Below, piece after piece: positions 1 to 13,800 of a stretch of DNA of 64,000 nucleotides. Source of the stretch: Dendrobates tinctorius (Eukaryota). The stretch covers positions 20,026,001 to 20,090,000 of the forward strand of contig NW_027361677.1 of NCBI RefSeq assembly GCF_039654945.1, written 5' to 3'. The notes beneath the pieces are model-generated. The model saw only the letters and a list, made by a program, of their open reading frames with translations. It did not search any database and was not told the DNA's origin. Each line of letters begins with the position of its first letter. Within the stretch, counting starts at the first letter, position 1. The position numbers were made by a program, and so were the translations under genes.

Positions 1-1
1 T

Positions 2-2726
<2,725 letters not shown>

Positions 2727-4147
2727 TGGCACCATGGGACACATGCAACGCAAGACTCTACAGCATGCCGCATGGCGGAGCACCGGCTCATCATCAGCCC
2801 GGTACAGCAGGATCATGGACGGGTGGCCCCACTGTATGTGACCAGGAAAGGGACGGGAACAGGTTCACCCTCCACTGGGGGCAAAGCAAGTTTACTAAGA
2901 TCTCATATATAATAATATATAAATGACATCACTGGAGATTATACAGATCCCGAATATCTCTGTGCTTCTAATAGACTTTTATCTTAGCTTTTTTTGCCCT
3001 GGTGCACATGGAGCATAAAACAAATGTCTCCAGGGACCTGGCACTACAGACTACAGTTCTTCTACAAGTACCATTACCCAACTTTTTATATACCATATAA
3101 GCCGATACACCCCCCCCCATTTTGCCACAAAAAACTGGGAAAACTTATTGACTCGAGTATAAGCCTAGGGTGGAAAATGCAGCAGCTGCTGGTAAATTTA
3201 AAAAATAAAAATAGATACCAATAAAAATAAAATTAATTGAGACATCAGTAGGATAAATGTTTTCGAATATCCATATTGAATCAGGAGCCCCACGTAATGC
3301 TCCATACAGTTCATGATGGGCCCCATAAGATGCGCCATTCAAAATACACCCCATATAATGCTGCACAAAGGTTAATAATGCCCCATAAGATGCTCCATAG
3401 AATAATATGCCCCATATGCTGCACCATAATGGTTATGGCCCCATAAAATGCTCCATAGATTATGCGCCCATAATATGCTCCATAGCATAGCCCATATGCT
3501 GCCCCCATAAGATGATCCATAGATTATGCCCCATGTGCTGCTGCTGCTGCATTTAAAAAAAAATGACATACTCACCTCTCCGTCGCTGGGGCCAGGTGCC
3601 GGTGTCACTGCTGGCACCTGAGATATTCACCTGTCCCCCGGTGTATCGCTTGCTGCTGTCTGGCACGTCATCTCAGTGACGTTTAGACTGCAGGGGGCAC
3701 AGCGCGCACTAACCACGTCACCGTGCCCTCTGCTGTCTGAAGGTCACTGACATGACGTGCCAGACAGCAGCAAGCAGCGATGAACCCCGGACGGGTGAGT
3801 ATCGCTATACTTACCCGTCCTGGCACGGTCTCTGCAGCCCCCAGGTTCTCCGCGATCTCCCTGCCTTCAGCGGTCACGTGGTACCGCTCATTAATCTGCT
3901 AATTACACTCATGAATATGCGCATATTCATGAGTTTAATGAGCGGTACAATGTGACCACTGTAGGAAGAAAGGGAGATCACGGAGAAGCTGGGGGCTGCA
4001 GAGACCGTGCCAGGACGGGTAAGTATGACCTGACACCCCTGCCCCCCTCTCCCTCCGACCCCCTGGTGTATATGACTCGAATATAAGCCGAGAGGGGGAC
4101 TTTCAGCCCCAAAAAATGGGCTGAAAATCTCAGCTTATAGTCGAGTA

Positions 4148-5415
4148 AACTGTGTTCCAAATTATTATGCAAAAAGAGTTTAGGAGTGATAAGGTTAGAA
4201 TTCTTTTGTTTGTCATTTAAACTCATTGATGGTTATGTGTGTCAGGGCTCTTTATATCACTGAAAGCAATTGCAGAGACCTGTGCAAATTAGTTTGGCAG
4301 GTGTGTCCAAATAAAGGCAAGACTACTTAAGAAGGCTGTTCCACATTATTAAGCAGCCGACATTTTTTGCCAAAATGGGAAAGAAAAAGGATGTGTCGGC
4401 TACTGAGAAGCAACAAATTGTGGAGTATTTAGGTCAAGGCATGACTACAATCAACATTGCCAAGACACGTCATCGTGATCATCGCACAATCAAGAAGTAT
4501 GTAGCGGATTCCCAGCACACACGTGTGCGTACTGATAAGGAAAAATTGAGGACTCTTTCCAACAGGCAATTGCGTCAGGTTAAAAGAGCAGCTGCAAAAA
4601 TGCCTTGTCATAGCAGCAGACAAGTTTTTGAAGCTGCTGGTGCCGCCAACGTCCCCCGAACAACAAGATGCAGGGTCCTTCAGAGGTTTGCAGCTGTGCG
4701 TAAGCCATCCTGTCGACCACCTCTATCCACTGCACACAAGCAGAAACGGCTCCAGTGGGCCAAACGATACATGAAGACTGACTTCCAAACTGTTCTGTTC
4801 ACAGATGAGTGCCGTGCAACGCTCGATGGTCCAGATGGATGGAGTGGAGGATGGCTGGTTGATGGACACCCCATGAAAACACGGCTAAGGCGCCAACAAG
4901 GAGGAGGTGGAGAAATGTTTTGGGCTGGAATCATGGGGAGAGAGATTGTCGGCCCCTTTAGGATCCCTGAAGGGGTGAAGATGAACTCCATAATCTATGT
5001 GGAGTTTCTAAAACAGCACTTCCTGCCATGGTTCAAGAGGAAGAACCGTGCTTTCCGCAGCAAGATCATTTTCATGCATGATAATGCACAGTCTCATGCT
5101 GCAAATAACACATCTGCATCTCTGGCTGCTATGGGCATAAAAGAGGACAAACTTATGGTGTGGCCACCATCATTCCCCTGACCTCAACCCCATTGAGAAC
5201 CTCTGGAGCATCATCTGTGCGTAATAATTTGGAACATGCATTTTGAGTGTTTCTTATTTTTAAAAATATACTGTTTTCATAGGCAGTTTGTTCAAAAACA
5301 TTGCAATTATACTAGAATATTAGATGACTGGAAAATAACAATGACTGCAATTCATATAGGTAATTTACAGAAAATATGAGGAAATATTTTTTGCATAATA
5401 ATTTGGAACACAGTG
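4148..5415 (+). mobile_element. Tc1-like DD37E (TRT-type) transposon, defective
   Basis: TIRs (a/c)actgtgttccaaattattatgcaaa / tttgcataataatttggaacacagtg, TA target duplication (4146-4147, 5416-5417) and an internal transposase ORF. Confidence 0.92.
4375..5216 (+). pseudogene. DD37E transposase with a 1-nt frameshift at WPPS(S)PDLNPIE and a C-terminal deletion
   Basis: HTH N-terminus, FTDECRATLDGPDGW and MHDNA motifs. Removing one base at ~5173 restores WPPSSPDLNPIENLWSII, giving 37 residues between the second D and the E. Confidence 0.9.
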
Positions 5416-5521
5416 TATGTACGGTAGGTTGTATTACTTCATTTGCCCAGAACCTAAGTTACAGCCACCATTATACTTCAGAGCTGCATTTACAGCTTAG
5501 CTGAACCCATCTTCATAAATA

Positions 5522-6328
5522 CAAGTAATGCAATGAGTGTACACAGTGACTGCCCAGCAGAATAGTGAGTGCAGCTCTGGAGTATAATACAGGATGTAAC
5601 TCAGGATCAGTAATGTAATGTATGTACACAATGACTGCACCAGCAGAATAGTGAGTGCAGCTCTGGAGTATAATACAGGATGTAACTCAGGATCAGTAAT
5701 GTAATGTATGTACACAGTGACTGCACCAGCAGAACAGTGAGTGCAGCTCTGGAGTATAATACAGGATGTAACTCAGGATCAGTAATGTAATGTATGTACA
5801 CAGTGACTGCACCAGCAGGATAGTGAGTGCAGCTCTGGAGTATAATACAGTATGTAACTCAGGATCAGTAATGTAATGTATGTACACAGTGACTGCACCA
5901 GCAGAATAGTGAGTGCAGCTCTGGGGTATAATACAGGATGTAACACAGGATCAGTAATGTATGTACACAATGACTGCACCAGCAGAATAGTGAGTGCAGC
6001 TCTGGAGTATAATACAGGATGTAACTCAGGATCAGTAATGTAATATATGTACACAGTGACTGCACCAGCAGAATAGTGAGTGCAGCTCTAGAGTATAATA
6101 CAGGATGTAACTCAGGATCAGTAATGTATGTACACAGTGACTGCACCAGCAGAATAGTGAGTGCAGCTCTGGAGTATAATACAGGATGTAACTCAGGATC
6201 AGTAATGTATGTACACAGTGACTGCACCAGCAGAATAATGAGTGCAGCTCTGGGGTATAATACAGGCTGTAACTCAGGATCAGTAATGTAATGTATGTAC
6301 ACAGTGATTGTACCAGCTGAATAGTGAG
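5522..6328 (+). repeat. 86/81-bp satellite array 1 (~9 units)
   Basis: Unit gtaatgtaatgtatgtacacagtgactgcaccagcagaatagtgagtgcagctctggagtataatacaggatgtaactcaggatca; the 81-bp variant lacks one gtaat. Confidence 0.97.
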
Positions 6329-7814
6329 AAGCAGGACTCATCGCTGAAGAGAACAGACCTTCCTTCCAGCCTCCACTGCCGTCTTGATCTGCACCATGGT
6401 GGCCTTTGGTAGCTGGACGTCCGGCTAGTTGCCCAATGCTGTGGAGACACCTTCTGATGGTTGTGTAGACACTGTGTGACGCTTTACACTTGGGATGTGA
6501 CATTTAATTTCACTTGCAGCACAGAATGGACCAATCATGGAACCTGAGTTACGACCATTCCTCCAAAGTTTCCCAGGAGCCGCGTTACTCGTGCTACTGT
6601 GAGCTGCCTGTCTGGCCGAAATGTGCTGCCATGGCCTGATCATACGTGGTTTTCCTGGGCTGCACCCATAAGAACAGGGAAGATATCAAAAGTGGCAGAA
6701 TGTGAAGTAGAAATGTCCATAACAACCAATGTGCAGGTTTGTTTGTTTGTATTAAACATCAATAGGAAACTGCACTAATATTCTCTGCCTTCTATTGGAT
6801 CTGGGCCATATTTTTGGTTAGCCGTTATCATAGTCTTTGTATATAGTCAAAAGCATAAAATATAAGAAATCTAAAGCCTCAGCGATACGGATAGAGGTAA
6901 CGCACATAACCCGACTCTACATTGTACTAAATAAATGTGGATCTTCCCTACAAGATCTCATCATTGGCTTGGTGCTTCTGAACGAGGGGAATTCTCCACT
7001 ATATCCACTGCCCCTCCATTGGACTGCTAGGAACGGTTTGGACTAAAAGAAGCGCAGAAAATGGGCTTTTTACCATTGGTTTTATTGTAGGGGCTCAGTC
7101 ACGGAATAGGTTTTGATCACATTTTTTGGGGGGATAAGAATCACTTATAACTACAGCAGGGAAACGGGGCGACGCCCTATTGTAATTTTACATAAATATT
7201 CTTGGCTTATTATTGTGCATTGCTTAAATAGCGCCATCTTATTCCGCAGCACTTCTCATACATTATCGTGAAGGTATTGGCTTCGTAATAGGAAGTTTGA
7301 CCACCAGGAAGACAGATAGACAAAACTGTGACAACGTACTAGAGTTGAGCAAAGAAAGTCACAGGATCCTGATCCACCAGCCACTTCCACAGGCTGTGGC
7401 CCCCCGAACAGAGCCTTGTGTACCTCCTCCTACTAGCTGCCATCCAGCATCCTCGGCACCACTTCTGATTAGTCGGTCCATCACGCTGCAATGTAGACAT
7501 TGTGCCGGGGTACTAACCAGTAGAAGCGGCAGGTAGGATGAGGCTCCTAGAGCTGGAGGCTACCTGCAAATCCTTTTACTCAACTCCAAAAAATCATTAT
7601 AATTTTTTTATTTATTTATTTATTTTTTTTTTGGGGGGGGGGTTATTTAGCACCCATTTCTACATAAATACAGGGGCACACAGCAGGCAGAGTGACCTGC
7701 AGAGGGTCCTTGCGCTTCCTCACCCCATTTTTTGCCTGTAGTGCACCTGTCATAGGCAATATGATATGACTATGGAACTATTCTGCGCCTTTGGACAGAC
7801 ATGGCTCTTACCCG

Positions 7815-10015
7815 CTATGACTTGCTGGGATATTCCCTACAAAGTAATGTGAGGTCCATGGAGCTGCGCTGAAGCCAAAGCCGCTGATCTTTCTCCAGCA
7901 TAATCATGCTGGCGTTATGGCCATGGCTGCGGCACTGCTCCACCTCCTTGCACTTTATGTAATGAAGCTGGCAGCAGTACGTGCAGCGGTAATGGGGCAA
8001 CTGTCCCGGCTGCAGGCAGCAGTGGAGCTGGTATTGCCTCCGCTGCTCCTCCATCACCGCTTGGACCTTCTCGGATGCGGTCATCAGGGATACCCGGTGT
8101 CTCTTGTCTCTGCATACTTTCATCACGGAACACAGCGAGCCGTGGAACATGTTACACACCGCGCAGCAATGCTCCAAAGAGTTTTCTACAAATACACAGT
8201 CGTGCATGACGAAGTCCACGTGTGGTACTTGGGTGTGACAACGCTCATCCTCAGGGTGGTCAATGACCATCCGACAGGACCCATTCACATGCTGAGCAAA
8301 GGGCTCATGGCAGTAGTCACAAAACTGAGGTTGGTAGAAAACGACACCATTGGAAGCCCCCAAGACGCGATCTGCAGAAGCGGGGGCCGTTCTCTGTTCT
8401 AACACTAGTTTTTGCAGTCTTTCCATGCAGGCATCTTCTCCTCGCCAGCGCCTTCTTTCTTGGATCAGGTCAGCCCCACACACCAGATTAGATCCGGAGC
8501 AAGACACCAGGTCAGATAAGATGTGACACTCCATCTGAGCTGCCAGGAAGCCGAGAGCAGCTGTAGCCAGAGTCTGTGGTGCCGGTAGGACATGTATTTT
8601 CAGGGAGGTGCCGTCTTCTTCTGGCTCATAGTTTAATCTTCTGAGGGATCGGATTATGGCATCCGGGGGTAGAGCGGCCTCCAGGGTGTGCACGTAATAT
8701 CCAGAGTACGTCTGCAGGGTGGGAGAGAGAGGGGGGAAAAGGTGAGCAATTACAAGAAAGCACATAGAATAGAAATGGACAGGTACCAGGCCGGAGGCGG
8801 CAGCTCTCCACCATTACATCCCAGAGTGCAGCAGAGGGCGGCTCCTCGGAGGCGGCGCCTCTTCACCATTACACCCCCGAGTGCAGCAGATGGTGGCTCC
8901 TCGGAGGCGGCACCTCTCCACCATTACACTCCAGAGTGCAGCAGATGTCGGCTCCTCGGAGGCGGCACCTCTCCACCATTACACCCCAGAGTGCAGCAGA
9001 TGGCAGCTCCTTGGAGGCGGCGCCTCTCCACCATTACACCCCAGAGTGCAGCAGATGGAGGCTCCTCAGAGACGGCACCTCTCCACCATTACACCCCAGA
9101 GTGTAGCAGACGGCGGCTCCTCTGAGGCGGCACCTCTTCACCATTACACCCCAGAGTGTAGCAGACGGCGGCTCCTCTGAGGCGGCACCTCTTCACCATT
9201 ACACCCCAGCGTGTAGCAGACGGCGGCTCCTCAGAGGTGGCACCTCTCCACCATTACACCCCAGAGTGCAGCAGATAGTGGCTCCTCAGAGGTGGCACCT
9301 CTCCACCATGACACCCCAGAGTGCAGCAGATGGTGGCACCTCTCCACCATGACACCCCAGAGTGCAGCAGATAGTGGCTCCTCAGAGGTGGCACCTCTCC
9401 ACCATTACACCCCAGAGTGCAGCAGATAGTGGCTCCTCAGAGGTGGCACCTCTCCACCATGACACCCCAGACTGCAGCAGATAGTGGCTCCTCTGAGGCG
9501 GCACCTCTTCACCATTACACCCCAGAGTGCAGCAGATGGCGGCTCCTCAGAGGTGGCACCTCTTCACCATTACACCCCAGAGTGCAGCAGATGGCGGCTC
9601 AGAGGCGGCACCTCTCCATCATTACACCCCCGCATGCAGCAGATTGCGTCTCCTCAGAGGCGTCACCTCTCCACCATTACACCCCAGCGTGCAGCAGATG
9701 GCGGCTCCTCACCTTTATAGTATGAAACTCCCTCCGCCAAGGAGTACAGTAAAGATGGAGCACCGCCTGCTCCAGGGCCTGGAAGGCAGCAGCCAGCTGT
9801 TGTAGTGCGAGGAGCAGGTCAGCTCTGTCCTGTAGTCCGCAGCCGATCAAGGGGAAGGCGTCATTCTGGAGATGATTGTGCAGGTCCGGCTCCTCCAGAA
9901 TCCGCTGTCTCACCAAGTCCATGATCCGGTTATCTGTGCATGGAGTAAGCGATCCGGCAGAGGAGGCGCCGAGAAGCCAGCCGCTATAGTGAGCCAGGAG
10001 CGAGTCCGCACTCAT
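7815..10015 (-). CDS. SPATA2L: Spermatogenesis-associated 2-like protein (PUB-like N-terminus), 399 aa; coding exons 10015-9713 and 8711-7815
   Basis: MSADSLLAHY...LEQAVLHLYCTPWRREFHTIK|TYSGYYVHTLEAALPPDAIIRSLRRLNY matches the SPATA2/SPATA2L PUB region. Phase-0 GT-AG intron 9712-8712. Position between CDK10 and VPS9D1. Confidence 0.9.
8790..9710. repeat. 55-bp minisatellite filling the SPATA2L coding intron (~17 copies)
   Basis: Unit ccattacaccccagagtgcagcagatggcggctcctcagaggcggcacctctcca. Confidence 0.95.
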
Positions 10016-10581
10016 TCTGGGGGGGAAAGGGAACAATCTGTCACAGCGTCACCTCCCTGTGCTACACACAGCCTCGTTACATCACGTCGGTGCTATAGGT
10101 GTCCTGAAAACAGGTCCAATTCTACACCGTATCACCTGCCCAGGGACGCCGCCGCACGCCAGCTGGTGGTCACCTCTCTCCCCAGCGCATCCTGCCGCCT
10201 CCCTCCCGATGCGCACCTAGACTCCGCCTCAACATACCCGGATATCTCCACCAGAACCCTCAACGTCTCCCTCCCCCGCAGTCCCTGATCCTTCTATCTA
10301 AAATTCACCCTGACGCCTCCCTCCCTCCCCTGCGCACCCCGACGCCTCCCTCCCTCCCCACCCCGACGCCCCCTCCTCCGCTCAGGGAACGTTTTAGACA
10401 GCTTAGACTAGAGGGGCTTTCAGACCTACAAGGATGTCATTTCGACTTCTCACCACTAGGCGCTCCCTAAACGCTCTCACCTGCCGACAGACCCGTCAGA
10501 TACCGACTTCCCGTGACTGCGCTCGTATTAACAGAAGTGAAAGTCTCTACTGCGCCAACACAGCCTGAGACATGGCGAGCA

Positions 10582-10600
10582 GAGCGCCCCCTAGTGCCCG
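10582..10600 (-). promoter_or_regulatory. CTCF-like motif
   Basis: Reverse complement reads cgggcactagggggcgctc. Confidence 0.45.
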
Positions 10601-10627
10601 TGCAGCCCGCAACCGCCGCGTCCTCAC

Positions 10628-10750
10628 CTGCTAATCTCCAATCTTACTTCCGGGGTGCTCCCGCCTTATAGGACCTCGCCGGCTGAGTGACGTCATGAGC
10701 GCTTCGTTGATTGGTGGATTATTTTCTCTCTGTGTGTTAATTGGTGGAGA
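10628..10750 (-). promoter_or_regulatory. Putative SPATA2L promoter and non-coding first exon (donor at 10627)
   Basis: CpG-rich. On the minus strand: donor CAG|GTGAGG, ETS site CCGGAAGT (~10646-10653), palindromic CRE TGACGTCA (10688-10695), two CCAAT boxes (10710-10714, 10740-10744). Confidence 0.6.
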
Positions 10751-10854
10751 AGTTATTACTTCAGCACGAGGTCTGCGGTCACTGAACTGTGAGGAAAAAG
10801 AGGAAGCAGCGGAGTCTGACTGCGAGAGGCAGGTGCAGAGAGCGAGTGTGCAGA

Positions 10855-13800
10855 GCGGCAGGGTGACAGAGAGAGGGACTGTACAGGGCAGGGAGGGTGA
10901 CAGAGAGAGGGACTGTACAGGGCAGGGAGGGTGACAGAGAGAGGGACTGTACAGGGCAGGGAGGGTGACAGAGAGAGGGACTGTACAGAGGAGAGAGGGT
11001 GACAGAGAGAGGGACTGTACAGAGGAGAGAGGGTGACAGAGAGAGGGACTGTACAGAGGAGACAGAGGGTGACAGAGAGAGGAACTGTACAGAGGAGAGA
11101 GAGGGTGACAGAGAGAGGGACTGTACAGAGGAGAGAGGGTGACAGAGAGAGGGACTGTACAGAGGAGAGAGGGTGACAGAGAGAGGGACTGTACAGGGCA
11201 GGGAGGGTGACAGAGAGAGGGACTGTACAGGGCAGGGAGGGTGACAGAGAGAGGGACTGTACAGGGCAGGGAGGGTGACAGAGAGAGGGACTGTACAGAG
11301 GAGAGAGGGTGACAGAGAGCGACTGTACAGAGGGTGACAGAGAGAGGGACTGTACAGAGGAGAGAGAGGGACTGTACAGAGGAGAGAGGGTGACAGAGAG
11401 ACTGTACAGAGCAGGGAGGGTGACAGAGAGCAACTGTACAGGGCAGGGAGGGTGACAGAGAGACTGTACAGAGCAGGGAGGGTGACAGAGAGACTGTACA
11501 GGGCAGGGAGGGTGACAGAGACTGTACAGAGCAGGGAGGGTGACAGAGAGACTGTACAGGGCAGGGAGGGTGACAGAGAGACTGTACAGGGCAGGGAGGG
11601 TGACAGAGAGACTGTACAGGGCAGGGAGGGTGACAGAGAGACTGTACAGGGCAGGGAGGGTGACAGAGAGACTGTACAGGGCAGGGAGGGTGACAGAGAG
11701 AGGGACTGTACAGGGCAGGGAGGGTGACAGAGAGAGGGACTGTACAGGGCAGGGAGGGTGACAGAGAGAGGGACTGTACAGAGGAGAGAGGGTGACAGAG
11801 AGAGGGACTGTACAGAGGAGAGAGGGTGACAGAGAGGGACTGTACAGAGGAGACAGAGGGTGACAGAGAGAGGAACTGTACAGAGGAGAGAGAGGGTGAC
11901 AGAGAGAGGGACTGTACAGAGGAGAGAGGGTGACAGAGAGAGGGACTGTACAGGGCAGGGAGGGTGACAGAGAGAGGGACTGTACAGGGCAGGGAGGGTG
12001 ACAGAGAGAGGGACTGTACAGGGCAGGGAGGGTGACAGAGAGAGGGACTGTACAGAGGAGAGAGGGTGACAGAGAGCGACTGTACAGAGGGTGACAGAGA
12101 GAGGGACTGTACAGAGGAGAGAGAGGGACTGTACAGAGGAGAGAGGGTGACAGAGAGACTGTACAGAGCAGGGAGGGTGACAGAGAGCAACTGTACAGGG
12201 CAGGGAGGGTGACAGAGAGACTGTACAGAGCAGGGAGGGTGACAGAGAGACTGTACAGGGCAGGGAGGGTGACAGAGACTGTACAGAGCAGGGAGGGTGA
12301 CAGAGAGACTGTACAGGGCAGGGAGGGTGACAGAGAGACTGTACAGGGCAGGGAGGGTGACAGAGAGACTGTACAGGGCAGGGAGGGTGACAGAGAGACT
12401 GTACAGGGCAGGGAGGGTGACAGAGAGACTGTACAGGGCAGGGAGGGTGACAGAGAGACTGTACAGGGCAGGGAGGGTGACAGAGAGACTGTACAGGGCA
12501 GGGAGGGTGACAGAGAGACTGTACAGGGCAGGGAGGGTGACAGAGAGACTGTACAGAGCAGGGAGGGTGACAGAGCAACTGTACAGGGCAGGGAGGGTGA
12601 CAGAGAGACTGTACAGGGCAGGGAGGGTGACAGAGAGACTGTACAGGGCAGGGAGGGTGACAGAGAGACTGTACAGGGCAGGGAGGGTGACAGAGAGACT
12701 GTACAGGGCAGGGAGGGTGACAGAGAGACTGTACAGGGCAGGGAGGGTGACAGAGACTGTACAGGGCAGGGAGGGTGACAGAGAGACTGTACAGAGCAGG
12801 GAGGGTGACAGAGAGACTGTACAGGGCAGGGAGGGTGACAGAGAGAGGCTGTACAGGGCAGGGAGGGTGACAGAGAGAGGCTGTACAGGGCAGGGAGGGT
12901 GACAGAGACTGTACAGAGCAGGGAGGGTGACAGAGAGACTGTACAGGGCAGGGAGGGTGACAGAGAGAGGCTGTACAGGGCAGGGAGGGTGACAGAGAGA
13001 GGCTGTACAGGGCAGGGAGGGTAACAGAGAGAGGGACTGTACAGGGCAGGGAGGGTGACAGAGAGAGGGACTGTACAGGGCAGGGAGGGTGACAGAGAGA
13101 GGGACTGTACAGAGGAGAGAGAGGGACTGTACAGGGCAGGGAGGGTGACAGAGGGACTGTACAGGGCAGGGAGGGTGACAGAGAGACTGTACAGGGCAGG
13201 GAGGGTGACAGAGAGAGGGACTGTACAGGGCAGGGAGGGTGACAGAGAGAGGGACTGTACAGAGGAGAGAGGGTGACAGAGAGAGGGACTGTACAGAGGA
13301 GAGAGAGGGTGACAGAGAGGGACTGTACAGGGCAGGGAGGGTGACAGAGACTGTACAGGGCAGGGAGGGTGACAGAGAGACTGTACAGAGCAGGGAGGGT
13401 GACAGGCTGTACAGAGGAGAGAGAGGGTGACAGAGAGCGATTGTACAGAGGGGAGAGAGGGTGACAGAGAGCGACTGTACAGAGGAGAGAGAGGGTGACA
13501 GAGAGCGACTGTACAGAGGAGAGAGAGGGTGACAGAGAGAGACTGTACAGAGGAGAGAGAGGGTGACAGAGAGAGACTGTACAGAGGAGAGAGAGGGTGA
13601 CAGAGAGAGACTGTACAGAGGAGAGAGAGGGTGACAGAGAGAGACTGTACAGAGGAGAGAGAGGGTGATAGAGAGGCTGTACAGAGGAGAGAGAGGGTGA
13701 CAGAGAGAGGGACTGTACAGAGGAGAGAGAGTGACACAGAGGCTCTACAGAGGAGAGAGAGGGTGACAGAGAGAGGGACTGTACAGGGCAGAGAGGGTGA

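Larger units (their letters stand above)
3071..5424. mobile_element. Non-autonomous Tc1/mariner-superfamily (Tc2/pogo-like) DNA transposon whose right TIR is interrupted by the DD37E element
   Basis: Repeated ctcgagtataagcc-type subterminal motifs (~3152, ~4075). The right end cagcttatagtcgagTA...TAtgtacggta is split by the insertion. Internal ~27-bp tandem repeats (3285-3535) and a long hairpin (~3806-4026, centre atgaatatgcgcatattcat). The left end is degenerate. Confidence 0.6.

Noticed and set aside
5522-6328. Hammerhead ribozyme in the 86-bp satellite (as in newt satellite 2)
   Set aside because: No CUGANGA...GAAA core on either strand of the unit.
7917-8402. Antisense ORFs over SPATA2L, VPS9D1 and transposase exons
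   Set aside because: Shadow ORFs of GC-rich coding sequence, with no independent support.
8712-8765. ORF-track start of the 316-aa ORF (MCFLVIAHLF...)
   Set aside because: This is the intron polypyrimidine tract; the real exon starts at 8711 and splices to the upstream PUB exon.
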